Shown piece by piece: positions 27,253 through 31,491 of a stretch of DNA of 31,491 bases. A model generated the notes under the pieces. The model made no database searches and was not told the DNA's origin. It saw only the letters and a list, made by a program, of their open reading frames with translations. The stretch is from Spirochaetia bacterium (lineage in GTDB: Bacteria > Spirochaetota > Spirochaetia > CADAEX01). Numbering within the stretch: the first letter of the stretch is position 1; each line of letters begins with the position of its first letter. The position numbers and the translations under genes are program-made. Location: positions 1 through 31,491 of the forward strand of contig CAXXHA010000025.1 in assembly GCA_963662265.2 (NCBI GenBank), in the 5' to 3' direction.

Positions 27253-28254
27253 CTATCTTCTTATAGTAAAAACTTCTCTGGTCCATCTGTCCTGAAGTCT
27301 TACACCGTTTTCTGCTACCCATCCGAAGTCATAATCAACAATATTGAATTCAGAAAGAGGTATAGCAACATCCGGAACTTTTGCATTGGTATTTGTAGGA
27401 ATCTGGTATGAACCTACACTTCCAAGGCCTTCCTGAGTTTTTGCGCTTAAAACCCAGTCGATGAATTTTTTAGCTTCAGCTGAATTAGGAGCACCTTTTA
27501 TAAGGTTTACAGCCCCGATTTCATAACCTGTTCCTTCTTTTGGAGCTACAGGTTTTACAGGATAACCCTGTTCTGCGTGGTATACAGAGTCATGGAGGAA
27601 GATAATAGCTACAGCAACTTCGCCTCTTCCTGCGAGGATACCTGGAGCTGAGCCGGATTTTGTATAGTTTGCGATATTTTTATGAAGTTTTTTCATATAC
27701 TCAAGACCTTCATCTTCGCCAAGTCTGAAAACCTGAGTACAGAGAGTTGTGAGAGCAGTTCCTGAAGTGTTGGGGTTAGCTACTGCAACAAGACCCTTGA
27801 GTTTAGGGTTAAGAAGATCTTCCCATCCGGTAGGAACAGGTATTTTCAGTTTTTTAAGTAGTTTTTCATTTACAGAAAAGCCCAAGCCACCAACATAAAC
27901 ACCTATAACGCTTCCGTCTCCGAGAGGATCTCTGAATCTCTTGTCAATTTCATCATAGTTTGAAGGTTTGTAGTCTTCTGTAAGACCTTCTTTTGCAGCT
28001 ATTGAATGGGGGTCTGTTGTTCCACCCCACCAAACATCACCCTTGGGAGCATCTTTTTCAGCTCTGAGCCTTGCAAGAGTTTCACCGCTTGACATTCTGA
28101 TCCAGTTGACTTTAATACCTGTATCTTTTTCATACTGCTGTGCAAGAAACTCGATAGTTCTTACTTCAGCACTTCCGTACAGGTTTACTTCTTGTGCAAA
28201 AGCTGCAGTGCAGAAAGCAGCAAGGATAAGTAAAGACAATAAAATCTTTTTCAT
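27253..28254 (-). CDS. ABC substrate-binding protein, AfuA-like (often labelled Fe3+; probably binds sugar-phosphate)
   Basis: RMSSGE, WWGGTTDPH, NPNTSGTA, YTKSG, FLHD and GTGYEIG. Confidence 0.8.
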   Translation of the reverse strand: MKKILLSLLILAAFCTAAFAQEVNLYGSAEVRTIEFLAQQYEKDTGIKVNWIRMSSGETLARLRAEKDAPKGDVWWGGTTDPHSIAAKEGLTEDYKPSNYDEIDKRFRDPLGDGSVIGVYVGGLGFSVNEKLLKKLKIPVPTGWEDLLNPKLKGLVAVANPNTSGTALTTLCTQVFRLGEDEGLEYMKKLHKNIANYTKSGSAPGILAGRGEVAVAIIFLHDSVYHAEQGYPVKPVAPKEGTGYEIGAVNLIKGAPNSAEAKKFIDWVLSAKTQEGLGSVGSYQIPTNTNAKVPDVAIPLSEFNIVDYDFGWVAENGVRLQDRWTREVFTIRR

Positions 28255-28329
28255 TAAATTCCTCCGTTTTTTATTGTTTGATTTTTAATTAAAACAATTA
28301 TTAAAACTGTCATTTAAAAACCAAAGTAA

Positions 28330-28358
28330 ATTTTAAATGATGAAATATCTGCGGTCAA
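28330..28358 (-). promoter_or_regulatory. Candidate sigma70 promoter of the AfuABC-like operon
   Basis: TTGACC-N17-TAAAAT on the minus strand, overlapped by the inverted repeat tcatttaaaa/ttttaaatga. Confidence 0.45.
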
Positions 28359-28528
28359 GTTAAATATTTTTTTTCGAAAAACAGGCGAAAATGAATAATA
28401 TTCGAATAATGAATAATAATTTTATTGAAAATGCAGTTTTATGTTATGGAAATGCATTTTTTTATTTATATTTATGCATGTTTATGAACATAAGTTATAG
28501 AATCTAATAAAAGATTATCTTAAGTAAT

Positions 28529-28556
28529 TTGACTAAAAAACAAAATATACTAAACT
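28529..28556 (+). promoter_or_regulatory. Candidate sigma70 promoter of the PhnSTU2-like operon
   Basis: TTGACT-N16-TAAACT. Confidence 0.35.
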
Positions 28557-28647
28557 TTATTACTGGACTCATCAAAAACAGCACTGCCATTCTGTTGATA
28601 CAATAGCTTTACAATAAAAAATATCAATTTAAAAAACGGAGGTTGAT

Positions 28648-29685
28648 ATGAAAAGATCAATATTACCTTTTGCATTACTGCTGATATTTATACCTGCTTT
28701 GTTATATGCCGGAGGAAAGAAAGAAGCAGAATCAAAAGAAGTTGTAATCTACACAGCTCTTGAAGAAGACGAAACTGCAGATTATCTGGAACTGGCCAGG
28801 GAGGAGATGCCTGATCTTGATATAAAATGGGTCAGGTATTCTACAGGTGAAGTAATGGCGAAACTGCATGCGGAAAAAGAAAATCCACAAGCAGACCTTA
28901 TCTACGGAACAGCTGTTACAGAGCTGGCAAGGGTTAAAGATTATTTTGTCCCTTACAAGCCTGAAGGTTTTGATATGATCAGGGATGAATTCAAGGATCC
29001 TAAAGGTTACTGGACAGCTATTGATATGTATGTTGCATCTTTCTGTGTTAATAACGACAGACTTAAGGAAAAAGGACTTTCTATGCCGATGAGCTGGGAA
29101 GACCTTACAAAACCGGAATACGCAGGAGAAGTTATTATGCCTAATCCGGGAAGCTCGGGAACCGGATATCTCCAGGTAAGTTCAATTCTGCTTATGAACG
29201 GCATAAAATCCGGCCGTGAAGATGGCTGGGATTTTCTTAAAAAACTGCATAAAAATATTGTTGAATATACAAACTCAGGATCAGCACCTGCAAAAATGTC
29301 TTCAAAAGGTGAAATTGCCATTGGAGTCTCTTTCGGATACAGAGCAGCGAAACAGAAAGCTGACGGATATCCTGTAACAATGATATTTCCCGAAGAAGGG
29401 AGCGGGTATGAACTGGAGGCAAATGCTCTTATCAAGGGAGCAAAGAATGAAAAAAATGCAAAACGTTTTCTTGACTGGGCGCTTTCAGAAAATGCAATGA
29501 AAGCATATTCAAAATACAAGATAATGGTTACAAGAAAGGGTATTTCTTCTGAAAGTACTCTTCCCCTTCCCAGGCCTGAAGAAGTCAAACTTGCGGAAAT
29601 GGATTTCCAGTGGTCAGCTGAAAATAAAACTGCAATAGTTAAAAAATGGACTGAATATTTTCAGGACAAAACAATTCCAAAATAA
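28648..29685 (+). CDS. ABC substrate-binding protein, PhnS2-like (putative 2-aminoethylphosphonate / Fe3+ family)
   Basis: IYTALEE, WVRYSTG...KLHAEKENPQAD, MPNPGSSGTG, LHKNIVEYTNSGSAP, GVSFGYRA and FPEEGSGYELEA. GGAGG RBS. Confidence 0.78.
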   Translation: MKRSILPFALLLIFIPALLYAGGKKEAESKEVVIYTALEEDETADYLELAREEMPDLDIKWVRYSTGEVMAKLHAEKENPQADLIYGTAVTELARVKDYFVPYKPEGFDMIRDEFKDPKGYWTAIDMYVASFCVNNDRLKEKGLSMPMSWEDLTKPEYAGEVIMPNPGSSGTGYLQVSSILLMNGIKSGREDGWDFLKKLHKNIVEYTNSGSAPAKMSSKGEIAIGVSFGYRAAKQKADGYPVTMIFPEEGSGYELEANALIKGAKNEKNAKRFLDWALSENAMKAYSKYKIMVTRKGISSESTLPLPRPEEVKLAEMDFQWSAENKTAIVKKWTEYFQDKTIPK

Positions 29686-29722
29686 AATTAAAAAGATGTT
29701 TTTAAACAGATCAGTGCTGTAT

Positions 29723-29753
29723 AACGGGAGTCATGATATATGTCTCCCGTTTT
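29723..29753 (+). terminator. Terminator-like or stabilising hairpin after the binding-protein gene
   Basis: aacgggag (29723-29730) pairs with ctcccgtt (29744-29751), followed by a short T-run. Confidence 0.55.
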
Positions 29754-29780
29754 AATAACTGTCAATTATGGAAATAAAAG

Positions 29781-30851
29781 ATGAAAAAAAATCTTGAATT
29801 GAAAAATATAAGTAAAATATACGGTAAACTTCATGCTGTAGACAACATAAATCTGAGTGTCGAGGAAGGTGAATTCTTAACCCTGCTTGGACCTTCCGGA
29901 TGCGGGAAAACAACTACACTCAGAATGATTGCAGGATTTGAATATCCCGACATGGGAGATATTATATATGACGGCAAAATAATAAATAATGATATACCGC
30001 AGAAAAGGAATTTCGGTATAGTTTTTCAGTCATATGCATTATTTCCCCACATGAAAGTTAAAGATAATATTGCTTTCGGCCTAAAGATGCATAAATATCC
30101 CAGAGAAGAAATCGATAAACGGATAAAAACACTTCTTGAAATTGTGGGTCTTTATGAACACCAGGAAAAATATCCGCCACAGCTGTCAGGCGGTATGCAG
30201 CAGAGAGTTGCTCTTGCAAGGGCTCTTGCACCGCAGCCGGAACTTATTCTTCTTGATGAACCGTTAAGCGCACTTGATGCAAAAATCAGGGTAAAGCTGA
30301 GGGCTGAAATCAAACAGCTTCAGGTCGAACTGGGGATAACTACAGTGTATGTGACACACGACCAGGAGGAAGCTCTTTCCATTTCAGACAGGGTTGTTGT
30401 AATGAAACAGGGAATTATTGAACAGGTTGATAAACCGATAAACATCTATAAAAAGCCTGTATCGAAATATGTTGCTGATTTTGTAGGGACAAGCAATTTC
30501 TTTGACGGAGATGTCACTGACAGCAATATAAAAGGTCCGGGTTTTCTGATAAAAGTCAGCAATACTGGAGGTATTGAAGGAAGTGCAACTGCAGCGATAA
30601 GGCCTGAGAAAATAGAATTTCTGGAAAATATTGATAAAAGAGATGTGGAGGAATCAAATATATTTGAAGGCAGGATAACTGTAATAGTTTTTCTGGGACT
30701 TATTGTCAGGCTTGTTGTGAAAATCGGGGGAGAAACAGATGTAATAGTTGATTACCTTGAAAAACGTTTTGAAGATATGGGAATAAAACGAGGTGATAAT
30801 GTAAAACTTTATTTCCCGCCTGATGCTTTTACTGTTTATAAAACAGAATAA
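29781..30851 (+). CDS. ABC ATPase, PhnT2/PotA/FbpC family
   Basis: GPSGCGKTT, FGIVFQSYALFPH, YPPQLSGGMQQR and LLDEPLSALDAKIR. Confidence 0.92.
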   Translation: MKKNLELKNISKIYGKLHAVDNINLSVEEGEFLTLLGPSGCGKTTTLRMIAGFEYPDMGDIIYDGKIINNDIPQKRNFGIVFQSYALFPHMKVKDNIAFGLKMHKYPREEIDKRIKTLLEIVGLYEHQEKYPPQLSGGMQQRVALARALAPQPELILLDEPLSALDAKIRVKLRAEIKQLQVELGITTVYVTHDQEEALSISDRVVVMKQGIIEQVDKPINIYKKPVSKYVADFVGTSNFFDGDVTDSNIKGPGFLIKVSNTGGIEGSATAAIRPEKIEFLENIDKRDVEESNIFEGRITVIVFLGLIVRLVVKIGGETDVIVDYLEKRFEDMGIKRGDNVKLYFPPDAFTVYKTE

Positions 30852-30866
30852 AAACAGAGTATAGTT

Positions 30867-31491
30867 ATGAAAAGTATTGATATAAATAAAATTGAACTTC
30901 CTGAACGGAAAATTATTGATGACAGGTATTTCATATATATAGCAGGGGGATTTGTTTTCCTGTTTCTTTTTCTTTTCATGGTTGTGCCGGTTTTCAACAT
31001 ATTGCGGCTGAGTATTACACCATATGTTGAAGAAGCACACAGTTTCAGAAAAGGGATAACATTTGATAATTTCTTTAATTATTTTTCCAAGCCGTCAGTT
31101 GTACAGTCTCTCTATAACAGCCTCTATGTTTCTGTGTGGACAACTGTTATTACTACTGTTCTTGCATTTTTCTTTTCATACGGACTGACCCGTACAACAA
31201 TCAGGCTTAAAAAAACACTTTACTATATGTCAATGGCGCCGCTGATTGCCCCTTCACTTCTCCAGGCAATGGTCCTTATTTCGCTGTTCGGTGCAAACGG
31301 ATTGATTACATCGGGTATACTAAAAACAGAATGGAATATATACGGACCTGTCGGAATTATTATTTCCGAAGTACTTTACTGTTTTCCGCATGCAATGATT
31401 ATCCTGTACACTACACTTTCAGCTGTTGATTCAAGGCTTGATGAAGCCGCATCGAGTCTGGGCGCATCCGGCGCAACAACATTTTTCAGGA
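30867..31491 (+). CDS. ABC permease, PhnU2/FbpB-like; partial, runs off the right edge
   Basis: Open from ATG 30867 to the end of the window, with PLIAPSLLQA..LISLFG.NG, IYGPVGIIISEVLYCFPHA and EAA loop RLDEAASSLGA. Confidence 0.88.
   Translation, partial: MKSIDINKIELPERKIIDDRYFIYIAGGFVFLFLFLFMVVPVFNILRLSITPYVEEAHSFRKGITFDNFFNYFSKPSVVQSLYNSLYVSVWTTVITTVLAFFFSYGLTRTTIRLKKTLYYMSMAPLIAPSLLQAMVLISLFGANGLITSGILKTEWNIYGPVGIIISEVLYCFPHAMIILYTTLSAVDSRLDEAASSLGASGATTFFR

Noticed and set aside
28307-28313. CTGTCAT as a Pho box
   Set aside because: It is only one half-site, with no second repeat at 11-nt spacing.
29007-29588. 193-aa ORF on the - strand
   Set aside because: It is an antisense shadow of the PhnS2-like gene.
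30654-31040. 128-aa ORF on the - strand
   Set aside because: It lies antisense to the ATPase and permease genes, and its composition simply mirrors them.

Overview
An AT-rich bacterial chromosomal segment, probably from a free-living spirochaete. That assignment is an inference from the 'AGGKKE' N-termini of the solute-binding proteins and the gene content. I see no mobile element, CRISPR array, tRNA or rRNA. From left to right the window holds: aceE (pyruvate dehydrogenase E1, running off the left edge); an unlisted 56-aa membrane protein with a tandem-hairpin leader; a double-CDGSH Fe-S protein, an alpha/beta hydrolase and a DUF59-like protein; a Kelch-repeat gene remnant; a CBS-pyrophosphatase, metalloenzyme, PepD and M49 peptidase run; an alkyltransferase-like protein; a DUF3100 pair plus M20 amidohydrolase; a histidine phosphatase and an orphan PAS kinase; and three adjacent ABC importers (CUT1 sugar-type with an atypical GDPD and LacI, AfuABC-like with an unknown lipoprotein, and PhnSTU2-like) with sixA among them. 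Three genes (aceE, a sugar permease, lacI) are broken by single-base indels in G/C homopolymers, most simply read as sequencing or assembly errors. The best candidates for something new are the 56-aa protein with its repeated-hairpin 5' leader, the organophosphorus-uptake cluster with its unknown lipoprotein and non-canonical GDPD, the DUF3100 module, and several strand-specific RNA structures. All family calls come from motif recognition, not from database searches.
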